32,000 nt of DNA from Guillardia theta nucleomorph. Taxonomy: Eukaryota > Protista > Cryptophyta. The number at the start of each line of letters is the position of its first letter. Position 1 is the stretch's first letter. The notes below the pieces were generated by a model that worked only from the letters and a program-made list of their open reading frames with translations, was not told where the DNA came from and did not search any database. The stretch lies in the NCBI GenBank assembly GCA_000002975.1, contig AF083031.2, forward strand, positions 30,001 to 62,000, written 5' to 3'. This document shows, piece by piece, positions 9,392 to 17,788 of this stretch. Both the position numbers and the translations under genes were made by a program.

Positions 9392-9871
9392 ATGATAGAA
9401 ATTTGTAGAAGTCAATTCAAGGTTGAACACATAGAAAACTATTCATTTGGTAACGACAAACAAGGAAATAATATGCAAAATAATTTCTTCAAAGTTTCAA
9501 AAATATTTTCAAAAGAAATCTATGGGCAAAGTGAGTTTTTCTTAGATTATAACAGTGAAATATACAAAATTCAGAACGAAGATATTTTAGATGTATTGAT
9601 TATTGGTTTTTCAAATCAAATTTCAGATTTTAATTCGTTTGAATTAGAAAGTAACAATGAAAATATTAACTTAATCAAGGAATACATTCGAGAATTTGAA
9701 TATGTAATGCAAGGAATGATTTTCCACACAGGATTAGAGAAAAATCTGTTTTTTTTTTACACTAGTTTTGGTGGATTAATATTGAAGTTTTATTCTAACA
9801 GGAATTATTCGAAAGATCCACTTTTAATGGACTATAATATTTTTTTGTTTATTCGTAAAGCTAAAGTATAG
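9392..9871 (+). CDS. rpb8: Shared RNA polymerase subunit RPB8 (RPABC3)
   Basis: FFKVSKI, LDYNSEIY, EFEYVMQG and YTSFGGLILK. ATG 9392 is preferred over 9341, which overlaps the upstream gene. Confidence 0.88.
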   Translation: MIEICRSQFKVEHIENYSFGNDKQGNNMQNNFFKVSKIFSKEIYGQSEFFLDYNSEIYKIQNEDILDVLIIGFSNQISDFNSFELESNNENINLIKEYIREFEYVMQGMIFHTGLEKNLFFFYTSFGGLILKFYSNRNYSKDPLLMDYNIFLFIRKAKV

Positions 9872-9943
9872 ATCAACTATTACTTAGATATATGAATAAA
9901 TCAATAATATTTAAAAATATATAATTGAAGAAAATAATTTTAG

Positions 9944-11056
9944 ATGTGTGATATCAATTATAATTACGATGATAGTACATCTTTAAAGAAATACATCAAA
10001 AGACAGAAAAACATAAAGAAAAAGGTTTATATGATTTTGAAGACTTTGAAGAGTAATTTAAAAATTAAAATTATTTATTTCTTAAATTGTAACCCCAATC
10101 AAAAATTTATTATTCAAAACCTTTTCTCTAAGTATTATGTCACGGAGTTTCTTTATCTTGAACAAGATCAATTTTATAATTCTAATATAATTGAAAAAAA
10201 AAAAAGATCTTGCATAGAATTAGTTTTTAAAAAAAAAAATTCAATTATATTGGGCAACCTATTGAATGTAATATTTCGTAAAAATGAAAAAAATGTTACA
10301 ATCGACGGTATTTTAACAATCAAAATGAACGAAAAGATCATTTCATTTAAAATAAATCAGATAATTATTAAAGATATATTAAAAAATGATATTAAAATAG
10401 GTGACAGAATCATAATTGATAGAATCAAAAATAAAATATCAAAGTTTTTTTACAATTATAATGAAAATTTATATATTAAAGAAAAAATTAAACTGAATAG
10501 CCTTGATGAATTTTATTACGATGTTAATAATTTTAATTTAAAAAAATGTAAAAATCATAAAACAGATGAAATTGATTATAAGATTGTAGAATTAAAAAAT
10601 AAAAAAAAAATTTTAATCAAAATTGGCGTCTTGTTTATACATTTTAATAATTTAATAAACTTGAGTATAATCAGATCTAGGTCAGTTTTAACTCCAAACT
10701 TAATTTACTCATGCACTAATGTGATTTTAAAAAATTTCGTGAATATAAGATCAAATTTATTAGATATATTAAAAGATTTAAAATTTGTGAAGATAAATAA
10801 TTCTAGTTTAGAAATTTCTAAAGTAGAAATGAAAAAATATATAAAAAAAACAAAACCAGATTTATGTTATGAAGATTTTCATTTGATTCATAAACTGGTA
10901 ATTGATTATAATTACAATTTGATTATAAATATAATCAAAATGTATTTTCTTGCTAGATTTGAATACAACCATAACTTTAGCAGCGTCAAAGATATTTTAA
11001 AGCTCTTTTTAGATCCTTCAAAAACTATAAGAGTACACCACGAAATTATATCTTAA
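9944..11056 (+). CDS. Highly degenerate RuvB-like 2 (Rvb2/reptin), ATPase motifs lost
   Basis: GILTIK...IKIGDRIIIDRIKNKISK (domain II), EIDYKIVEL...IGVLFI and C-terminal LFLDPSKT match RUVBL2 blocks. Confidence 0.75.
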   Translation: MCDINYNYDDSTSLKKYIKRQKNIKKKVYMILKTLKSNLKIKIIYFLNCNPNQKFIIQNLFSKYYVTEFLYLEQDQFYNSNIIEKKKRSCIELVFKKKNSIILGNLLNVIFRKNEKNVTIDGILTIKMNEKIISFKINQIIIKDILKNDIKIGDRIIIDRIKNKISKFFYNYNENLYIKEKIKLNSLDEFYYDVNNFNLKKCKNHKTDEIDYKIVELKNKKKILIKIGVLFIHFNNLINLSIIRSRSVLTPNLIYSCTNVILKNFVNIRSNLLDILKDLKFVKINNSSLEISKVEMKKYIKKTKPDLCYEDFHLIHKLVIDYNYNLIINIIKMYFLARFEYNHNFSSVKDILKLFLDPSKTIRVHHEIIS

Positions 11057-11095
11057 AAAAATAAAATCAAATAATTAAAAAAACATTAAAATAAA

Positions 11096-11422
11096 TTAAG
11101 ATGAAAATTCTAGATTTGTTTGAATATAACTTAAATCCACGTATATTTCTTTGATAGCCCATTCAAGTTCAAGCACAGGGTCCGTAAAAGAGTTTGTTTT
11201 AATTTTAAGGAATATGTTGTTATCGAGTGGATGCAATTTTTTATAGCCACAAAATAATACATTTTTATGATTTTCAAGCTTGTAAACTAATATTTCTCCC
11301 ATTGTCGCATCTTCATTCTCGAATAAAAACTCCTTTGTATTTTTATTGTTAGAAAAATTTAATATTTTTATTTTCTCCGAAGTAGAAGGAACTTCATCAA
11401 ATGAACTTGTGTAATTTTGCAT
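11096..11422 (-). CDS. rpb11: RNA polymerase subunit RPB11 (RPB11/AC19 family)
   Basis: FENEDATMG...VLFCGYKKLHPL...IKT. The GYK motif favours RPB11 over AC19. Confidence 0.8.
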   Translation of the reverse strand: MQNYTSSFDEVPSTSEKIKILNFSNNKNTKEFLFENEDATMGEILVYKLENHKNVLFCGYKKLHPLDNNIFLKIKTNSFTDPVLELEWAIKEIYVDLSYIQTNLEFSS

Positions 11423-11480
11423 AAATTTATATTTATAATGTTTAGTTTTTAATACAATAAAAATATTACTAAATATTTCG

Positions 11481-11792
11481 ATGAAAAATAATCGACTATC
11501 ATGTCATCGTAATTCCCATTCAAAAAGAAAGAATACGAAAACTCCTGGTGGTAGATTAGTATCAATATTGCTAAAAAAAAAAATCAAAAAGAAAAGATGC
11601 CCAGTCAATGGTAAAATTTTGAATGGTATAGATTCAGATATTGTAAGGAAAACTGGTAAAACGCATATTTCAAGACATTCGAGTGGTGATCTGTCAGCTT
11701 CAGCTTTAAAAGATAAGATTATTAAATCTTTTTTAAAAGAAGAAAAAAAACTTGCTAAAAAAATTTTCAGCAAAAGAGGGAAATTGCTCTAA
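11481..11792 (+). CDS. rpl34: 60S ribosomal protein L34 (eL34)
   Basis: KTPGGRLV, CPVNGKILNGI, ISRHSSG and IIKSFLKEEKK. Confidence 0.93.
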   Translation: MKNNRLSCHRNSHSKRKNTKTPGGRLVSILLKKKIKKKRCPVNGKILNGIDSDIVRKTGKTHISRHSSGDLSASALKDKIIKSFLKEEKKLAKKIFSKRGKLL

Positions 11793-11827
11793 TCTTACTT
11801 AGCGTTTAAAATTTAATTGCCTTAATT

Positions 11828-13498
11828 TTAATCTACTGATAGAATAAACACTAACCCTGAACTAATAAATAAGTGGATTGATGCAAATATTCTAGTATTA
11901 CATGAAATGTAGTAATCAAATAATAATTTTAAAGAACAAGTTTCTCTTTTAAAATAATTAATTTGTTTTTTAGTATTTATAAAAACTATATAATTATACA
12001 TTTTTAAAACTAATGCTAAAAAAATTTGATTTTTTAAACAAATTAACAGATTTTTTTCATTTTTACGAATGAAAAAAATGATGTTAGTAAAGCGTAACTT
12101 TAATAAATAAAACTTAATATCTTTACAATAAATCTGAATTGGTATTAAAAAAGAGGGATATAATAATACACAATTGTTATTTAAATTTATTATTACATTT
12201 TTTAAATATCCCTCTTTTTGAATCATTAAAGATATATATTTTCTACATAATTTTTCACCAAAATCGTTAGATTTATTATAGATTTTAGGTATTTGATTAT
12301 ATGAATAGTTTAAATCAAGATATAAAATTTTTTTTTTAATTGAATGAATTAATTTGAAGTTTGACCTAAGATAATCTGGAGTTCTGTATATTTCATTATA
12401 ATTGCGTATTAAATTAAAAATTTTTTCCTGATTAATCATATAAAGTATTTTAAAGAACTTTTTTTTTATATTTACTGAATACACACATCCGTTTACTAGT
12501 GAAAAATATGCAATTAAACCATTTGAATTCCAACTAATTTCAGTGATTGTCTGCTTACTAAAATTTTTAATTTTTATTACACTAGAAGGGGAATCTGATC
12601 TGAAAAAAATTAGAGATCCTTTTCTAGTTCCTAATACTAATAATGTAAAAAATTTACGCTTGTATAAATCAAAAAAAATTTTCGGACTTCCTTTAATTGT
12701 ACTCATTTTTTCAACATTTATGCAAATATTAAATTTAAAATCGAAAGATCGTTTCATATCAAGTACTCTGAATAAAATTTTTTTTTTTTTCTTAATACAA
12801 TCTAAAATCCAAAAATATTTTCCACAACTAGACCATATAGATCTATTATGCGAGCCCAATTTTTTATATTTTTTTGATTTATAAATTAAAATTTTAAAAG
12901 AATTCCAGTTATTTAACTTCCAAAAGACTAGCATTTTATCAGAGGAATGAGTACATATATATTTTCCAAGAGGGTCCCAGTTAACTCCTCTTACCCAAGA
13001 TGAATGACCAAATAACTTCACAATTGGATTTCTTTTCTCTAAACTCCATATGTGTACAATGGCATCTAAAGATCCAGTTGCTATGAAACTAGAATCAAAT
13101 GACCAATTCAAATCGATAATATCTGAGAAGTGTGCGTTGTAATATTTTACAATTTTTAATTTATTTTTTTTGAAGTTCTTATTCATTATCGCAATAAATA
13201 AATTTCCATCATTTGTTCCAAGTGCTAGATACTTTCCATCTAAACTCCACCGCAAAATGTTAGTAACTTTTTTTTGTATTTCCAAAAACTCATATAATTG
13301 CAGGACATTGTATTCTTCAAGATTAATTTTATCATCTTTTAAACAATAGTATTTACGCATTTTCCAAACTTTGATGACATTATCTTGACCCGTAGTGGCA
13401 ATTATATCACTATAAGGCTTAAAATCTATAGAATGTATTATAACTCTATTTGATTCAGATTTACCGTGATATATTTTTAGTTTTTTCAAATGTAACAT
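11828..13498 (-). CDS. hira: Histone chaperone HIRA/Hir1-like WD40 protein
   Basis: IHSIDF, ATTGQD, RWSLDGKYLA, HFSDIIDLNWS and GHSSWVRGVNWDPLGKYICTHSSDK. Confidence 0.88.
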   Translation of the reverse strand: MLHLKKLKIYHGKSESNRVIIHSIDFKPYSDIIATTGQDNVIKVWKMRKYYCLKDDKINLEEYNVLQLYEFLEIQKKVTNILRWSLDGKYLALGTNDGNLFIAIMNKNFKKNKLKIVKYYNAHFSDIIDLNWSFDSSFIATGSLDAIVHIWSLEKRNPIVKLFGHSSWVRGVNWDPLGKYICTHSSDKMLVFWKLNNWNSFKILIYKSKKYKKLGSHNRSIWSSCGKYFWILDCIKKKKKILFRVLDMKRSFDFKFNICINVEKMSTIKGSPKIFFDLYKRKFFTLLVLGTRKGSLIFFRSDSPSSVIKIKNFSKQTITEISWNSNGLIAYFSLVNGCVYSVNIKKKFFKILYMINQEKIFNLIRNYNEIYRTPDYLRSNFKLIHSIKKKILYLDLNYSYNQIPKIYNKSNDFGEKLCRKYISLMIQKEGYLKNVIINLNNNCVLLYPSFLIPIQIYCKDIKFYLLKLRFTNIIFFIRKNEKNLLICLKNQIFLALVLKMYNYIVFINTKKQINYFKRETCSLKLLFDYYISCNTRIFASIHLFISSGLVFILSVD

Positions 13499-13555
13499 TT
13501 TGTAAATAAAAATATAATATATTTTTTAATTTAAATTATTACCAAGTTATAGTTT

Positions 13556-13619
13556 TTTTTTCAAATTGCAGTTAAAATTTGATGATGGGTTTATTTATCA
13601 TCAATAAAAGTAATTTGAA
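13556..13619. ncRNA. Candidate structured ncRNA (long hairpin, or possible minus-strand C/D snoRNA)
   Basis: Stems 13560-69/13610-19 and 13579-86/13597-604. The minus strand has box C TTGATGA and a 12-nt 18S-complementary segment upstream of TTGA. Confidence 0.4.
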
Positions 13620-13628
13620 TAAAATTTT

Positions 13629-14258
13629 CTAGATTAAACCCAGAGAATAATCAAGTAGAGACTTTCTATAATTCTCTATTCTCTTAAGTTTTTTCCTAAT
13701 ATTTTCTTTTTTTTTTTGTATTTTTATAGGTGTAATTAATCTTTGTATTTTAACTTTATTTTTAAAATCTTTAGCAATTTTAATGTAATGTTTTCTAATA
13801 TCGTCGGTTTTAGTTAGGCATAATACTTTTCGTAGATTACTGGATCTTTTATGCGTTAAAGTTTTTTCAGAATTTTTATTAGTAATTAATAAATCATCAT
13901 TCTTATTCGTTAATAGTTTAATATTTAACACTGATATTTCCGGTGAAACTATACATCCTCTTACTGATTTTCTACATCTTTCACCCTTTTTCATTTTGTA
14001 TCCTCTACAGCCCGTTGATCCTTTTTTTAACAAAATTTTTACCCTAGAGGGAGATAGAATACCTTCTTTCATGGGGAATCCTTGTTTATCCTGACCTCCC
14101 GTAATAATAAAAATAGATTTATCCCATTCTTTTCCTATAATTTTTCCATCGATTTTAGAAGTCAATTTCTTTCCATAAAGAATTCTTAGTTTATCTTCAT
14201 CATCAATTTCAATTGTATGTTGCACTCCTGTAGAAGGATTTGCTATATTAAACTTCAT
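13629..14258 (-). CDS. rps6: 40S ribosomal protein S6 (eS6)
   Basis: MKFNIANPSTG.Q, GGQDKQGFPMKEG, GER.RKSVRGCIV and KIQRLITP. Confidence 0.97.
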   Translation of the reverse strand: MKFNIANPSTGVQHTIEIDDEDKLRILYGKKLTSKIDGKIIGKEWDKSIFIITGGQDKQGFPMKEGILSPSRVKILLKKGSTGCRGYKMKKGERCRKSVRGCIVSPEISVLNIKLLTNKNDDLLITNKNSEKTLTHKRSSNLRKVLCLTKTDDIRKHYIKIAKDFKNKVKIQRLITPIKIQKKKENIRKKLKRIENYRKSLLDYSLGLI

Positions 14259-14355
14259 AAGTAATTATCGGAAACAACTTTATTGTTGAATAATTTCTCA
14301 ATTCTAAAAAATTTTTAGACTTAAATTTATTTATCAGACATTTGATATAATTATT

Positions 14356-15141
14356 ATGTATTTATCATTTAATATTGCTAGATCAGTTTATGAATCATTG
14401 ATTAAAGAATTCGAATCCCTAATTCAACCCTGGAAGATTTGTTGTAACGAAGGTGCATTAATTCAAAACTTTGGAGTTGAATCTAATCAATTGTGTTCAA
14501 AATTCATTAAAGAATTTGAAAATAATCTTAAGTTATTCGAAAACGATCCTAGCTATAAAACATTTTTTAGTCTTTTTTTAAACTACCTACACTCCGAAAT
14601 TGAAGGATTATTTTATAAGCAATTATCGAGACTTAAAGAACTAGCATTTAATAGCTTTAAAGAGTCATTATCTCCCATTCAAATAACAGAAAAGGTCGAG
14701 AGAGATGTTAAACTGGCTATTAAAGCAGCTGAGAACTATTTTACCACGAAAGCAGAGATACTTAGGGGGACAAAATTCTCCAAAGATTTTAGTTATTCCA
14801 ACGAAAAAAAAGAATTAATTAAGGCAATTCGTGAACTTGCAACTGAAAGATTACAAATGGCAAGATTACAAGGTATTTATCAGAAAAAAAATAAAAATCC
14901 TGTCTCAATTTCATTTCACTATTTGCATCCATCTCCTTTCGGTAAAGACGCAAGATTCGAACATTTTTCTTTTAATGATTCATTTGATTTTGATTCAAAT
15001 ACAAAAGCAAGTCTTATGAGGCAGTTTGTTGAAAATAACAACAATTCTAAAAAAATTAAAAACAATTCTTTAAATCAATCACAATCAACCGATAATTTTG
15101 TGTATAATTTAAATGCTTCGAAACTTTTTAATAATGATTAA
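14356..15141 (+). CDS. Conserved hypothetical protein, 261 aa, resembling the Sey1/RHD3 helical stalk
   Basis: IQNFG....L....IKEFE...LF..QL..LKELAFNSFKESL resembles the RHD3 middle domain. No P-loop or TM segment is visible. Confidence 0.7.
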   Translation: MYLSFNIARSVYESLIKEFESLIQPWKICCNEGALIQNFGVESNQLCSKFIKEFENNLKLFENDPSYKTFFSLFLNYLHSEIEGLFYKQLSRLKELAFNSFKESLSPIQITEKVERDVKLAIKAAENYFTTKAEILRGTKFSKDFSYSNEKKELIKAIRELATERLQMARLQGIYQKKNKNPVSISFHYLHPSPFGKDARFEHFSFNDSFDFDSNTKASLMRQFVENNNNSKKIKNNSLNQSQSTDNFVYNLNASKLFNND

Positions 15142-15979
15142 GATTGAACAGACTCCCGCACATAATGCAATTCGATCTTAGGAAATTTTTTTGAAAACAA
15201 TTACTACATATTATAAGGTTACAATATCTTTCGTTTTCACTATACGATATTTTTTTTTTTAATGGTTTTTTGAATAAAGATCTAATGTGTTTTTTCGGAA
15301 ATAAAACACCTAAAAAAATGAATGCTAGGTTTTTTTTATAACCGTGGTATTTTAATGAATATTTGAAATAATATAAGGTATTTTCAATTCCACCCCAAGA
15401 TTTGGTAAATATAGGATTTAAATTAAAATCTAGTTTAATAATTTGTATTTTTCTGAGAAAATAATCGTTAAATTCAAATTCATAATCCTTTTTGCTATGT
15501 GATTTATTAATATTATAATTTACTATGTTTATATCATTTAAATGTAAATTTGAATTTATAAATTTCTCAATACTGTAAAAAATAGGTAATAATATTATTA
15601 GAATAGTTTTACTATCCACTAGGCTACGATGAAATTGAGATTCAATGCTATCAACATAATTTAATATAATCTTTCTTAAAAAAAAGTTTGTAGTATAGAA
15701 TGATATATTTTGGTTATTGAATTTTAAGAATCTTTCTTCTTCAAATATTTTTATTAAAATAAAATTTTGAATGTCTGGAATAAACATAACGAATAAATTA
15801 TCAATAAATAAATTTATTAATATGATATAAAGAAATATATTTTCAAAAAAAAGAAGTATAGTTTTGAATATAACATTAAAATTTGAATCATGAAACATCT
15901 TACATTTTTTATTTATTAAAAATTTATACTCTAATTTAATATATAAATACTGAATGCTAATTTTGGATCTATTAAACAT
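15128..15979 (-). CDS. Probable divergent TFIIH subunit Tfb4/p34
   Basis: The C-terminus GVLFP...IRSLFKKP....ISY...ICSNC.......CIMCGSLF matches p34 VFLP...RSQL.LP....VDY...VCSVC.......CTTC..F. Confidence 0.6.
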   Translation of the reverse strand: MFNRSKISIQYLYIKLEYKFLINKKCKMFHDSNFNVIFKTILLFFENIFLYIILINLFIDNLFVMFIPDIQNFILIKIFEEERFLKFNNQNISFYTTNFFLRKIILNYVDSIESQFHRSLVDSKTILIILLPIFYSIEKFINSNLHLNDINIVNYNINKSHSKKDYEFEFNDYFLRKIQIIKLDFNLNPIFTKSWGGIENTLYYFKYSLKYHGYKKNLAFIFLGVLFPKKHIRSLFKKPLKKKISYSENERYCNLIICSNCFQKNFLRSNCIMCGSLFNLNHY

Positions 15980-16056
15980 TTAAAAAAAATGTCAAAATAC
16001 TTTTAAAAATTAATTTAAAATATATAGTATTCATAAACATGATTTAATCTTTATAT

Positions 16057-16314
16057 CTAAGACAATAAATAGATAAAATTGTATTTAGCGATATACGTAA
16101 TAAAACTTCTAAAAAAAAATAGATTAATGTGATAATTTTTTCTTCCAAAACATTCATAAATTTTATAATTGTTTGAAAACAATATATAATTACTCCTTAT
16201 TAGAATTTTACATAAGTTAAATGGAATTGTGTAGTTTTTATATGTGTAAGATCTTTTTTTAGCAGGACATTTAAAACGTCTTACTTGTAAAATAAAATAT
16301 AGCAAGACATTCAT
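16057..16314 (-). CDS. Small hypothetical ORF, 85 aa (the locus may instead be an ncRNA)
   Basis: The only ORF in a ~385-nt gap. No motif recognised; flanked by inverted repeats. Confidence 0.35.
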   Translation of the reverse strand: MNVLLYFILQVRRFKCPAKKRSYTYKNYTIPFNLCKILIRSNYILFSNNYKIYECFGRKNYHINLFFFRSFITYIAKYNFIYLLS

Positions 16315-16365
16315 TGATGTAAAACAACTATAAAAAGATAATAATCATAAATTTAATTTTTTAAT

Positions 16366-16713
16366 ATGAATACATGCAATATGTTAAATGATTTACAATT
16401 GAAAATAAATATAAAATTTGATAAAAAAATATTTGGAAAAATAATAGAACTTAATGATAATAAAAATCTAATTGAAAACAAATTTTTAAGAGGAGGTGGA
16501 AAAAAAAGAAAAAAAAAAAACTATACCAAACCTAAAAAGATAAAAAAACGCAAAAATAAAGTTAAATTAAGAGTGTTATCATATTATCACCTCGATCAAA
16601 ATAAAATTACTAGGATTCTTAAAGAATCACCCGATTCGCCTGGTTGTTTCATGGCAAATCATTTTAATAGAATAACTTGTGGAAAAACTGGTCTTACTTT
16701 TTTAAAAACATAA
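16366..16713 (+). CDS. rps27A: Ribosomal protein S27a (eS31) with a vestigial ubiquitin leader
   Basis: [20 protein letters not shown]...[10 protein letters not shown]...[11 protein letters not shown]. The leader is 44 aa. Confidence 0.92.
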   Translation: MNTCNMLNDLQLKINIKFDKKIFGKIIELNDNKNLIENKFLRGGGKKRKKKNYTKPKKIKKRKNKVKLRVLSYYHLDQNKITRILKESPDSPGCFMANHFNRITCGKTGLTFLKT

Positions 16714-16764
16714 CTTTTACTTATACAATTATTTAGATTTTAAATTAAATTATATTCAATAATT

Positions 16765-17193
16765 ATGAAACATTTTAAAAATAATTTTCATATTTATACC
16801 AAGATAGGTCCAAAAAAAAAAAATAAAAAATTAATTGATTATAAAATGGAAAACTTAACTTATAAATCGATCTGTGAATTAACTAATCTATTTGGTTTCC
16901 TAAAAAAAAGAACAGATCATGAGTTTATTTTTTTTTCAAAATCTATTTTTTCCAACTGTAGTATTATTTCAAATCCTTCCACATATCAAACGATGTTTAT
17001 GATAAAAACATTTGAAAAAATTTTAAATATAAAATTTACTGCTTCTAAGAACTTAATTTTTTTGATAAGATATAATAAAAATTTTCTAGTGAATATATTT
17101 TTCGTTAAGATAACAAATAAATTTAATGATTTTACTAGATTCAAAACAACATTTCAAAGCTTTGAAAATAAGATCATCCTAAACAAATGGTAA
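16765..17193 (+). CDS. Hypothetical protein, 142 aa; possibly Pop5/Rpp14 (RNase P/MRP) family
   Basis: Length, the MKHFKNNF start and the SI...LFG block loosely match Pop5. The product call is weak. Confidence 0.55.
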   Translation: MKHFKNNFHIYTKIGPKKKNKKLIDYKMENLTYKSICELTNLFGFLKKRTDHEFIFFSKSIFSNCSIISNPSTYQTMFMIKTFEKILNIKFTASKNLIFLIRYNKNFLVNIFFVKITNKFNDFTRFKTTFQSFENKIILNKW

Positions 17194-17224
17194 TTTTCAG
17201 ATATTACTTTTTAATAATCCTAAT

Positions 17225-17788
17225 TTAAATCGTAATCAATGTTTTAGAATCAATTAAATTTTTGTAGAGTCTAAATGAACCAAAAAAAATTATTTTATGT
17301 TTTAAATATATGAATTTTCTCAAAGATTTGAAAAATACAAAAAAAAAAAAAATATTTTTTAGTCCAGCATTTTTTAATTCCGATAAATAATCATTTATTT
17401 TTTTACTATTGAAATCATGTAAAAAAATTCTAGAAAAATTTGAATATAATTTTTTTAAAGAATACATGAATTGTATTTCACAAAGATTTTTATTAAATTT
17501 ATAATATTTGGCATTTAAAAAATCTATACATTCGTTTTCAATTTTCCATAATCTCATCCTCGTATGTGATTTTATTAGGTATTTGATCCTATCAATCTCA
17601 ATTTCTTTTATTATTTTATTTAACGTTGAAAAGTAGTTTATTATTTTATAATGATGTAAGAAATTTTCTTGATAATTTATCATTTCGATCAAAAAATTTA
17701 AATCATTATTTTTTTGATTTAAAAGTATCATAACACCTTTTTCATTGAAAATAAAAAGTAGCTTCTTGATAAACACTGAATAGTACAT
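17225..17788 (-). CDS. sld5: GINS complex subunit Sld5 (divergent)
   Basis: NEK...LL and EIEIDRIKYLIKSHTRMRLWKIE match the Sld5 consensus MEMERIRYVLSSYLRCRLMKIE. Confidence 0.8.
   Translation of the reverse strand: MYYSVFIKKLLFIFNEKGVMILLNQKNNDLNFLIEMINYQENFLHHYKIINYFSTLNKIIKEIEIDRIKYLIKSHTRMRLWKIENECIDFLNAKYYKFNKNLCEIQFMYSLKKLYSNFSRIFLHDFNSKKINDYLSELKNAGLKNIFFFFVFFKSLRKFIYLKHKIIFFGSFRLYKNLIDSKTLITI

Noticed and set aside
11504-12884. ORFs 11504-11773 (-) and 12543-12884 (+)
   Set aside because: Antisense shadows of rpl34 and hira.
14270-14350. Three short hairpins/palindromes in the rps6-ORF261 divergent spacer
   Set aside because: Almost entirely A-T pairs, expected at this composition; no snoRNA boxes or rRNA guide recognised.
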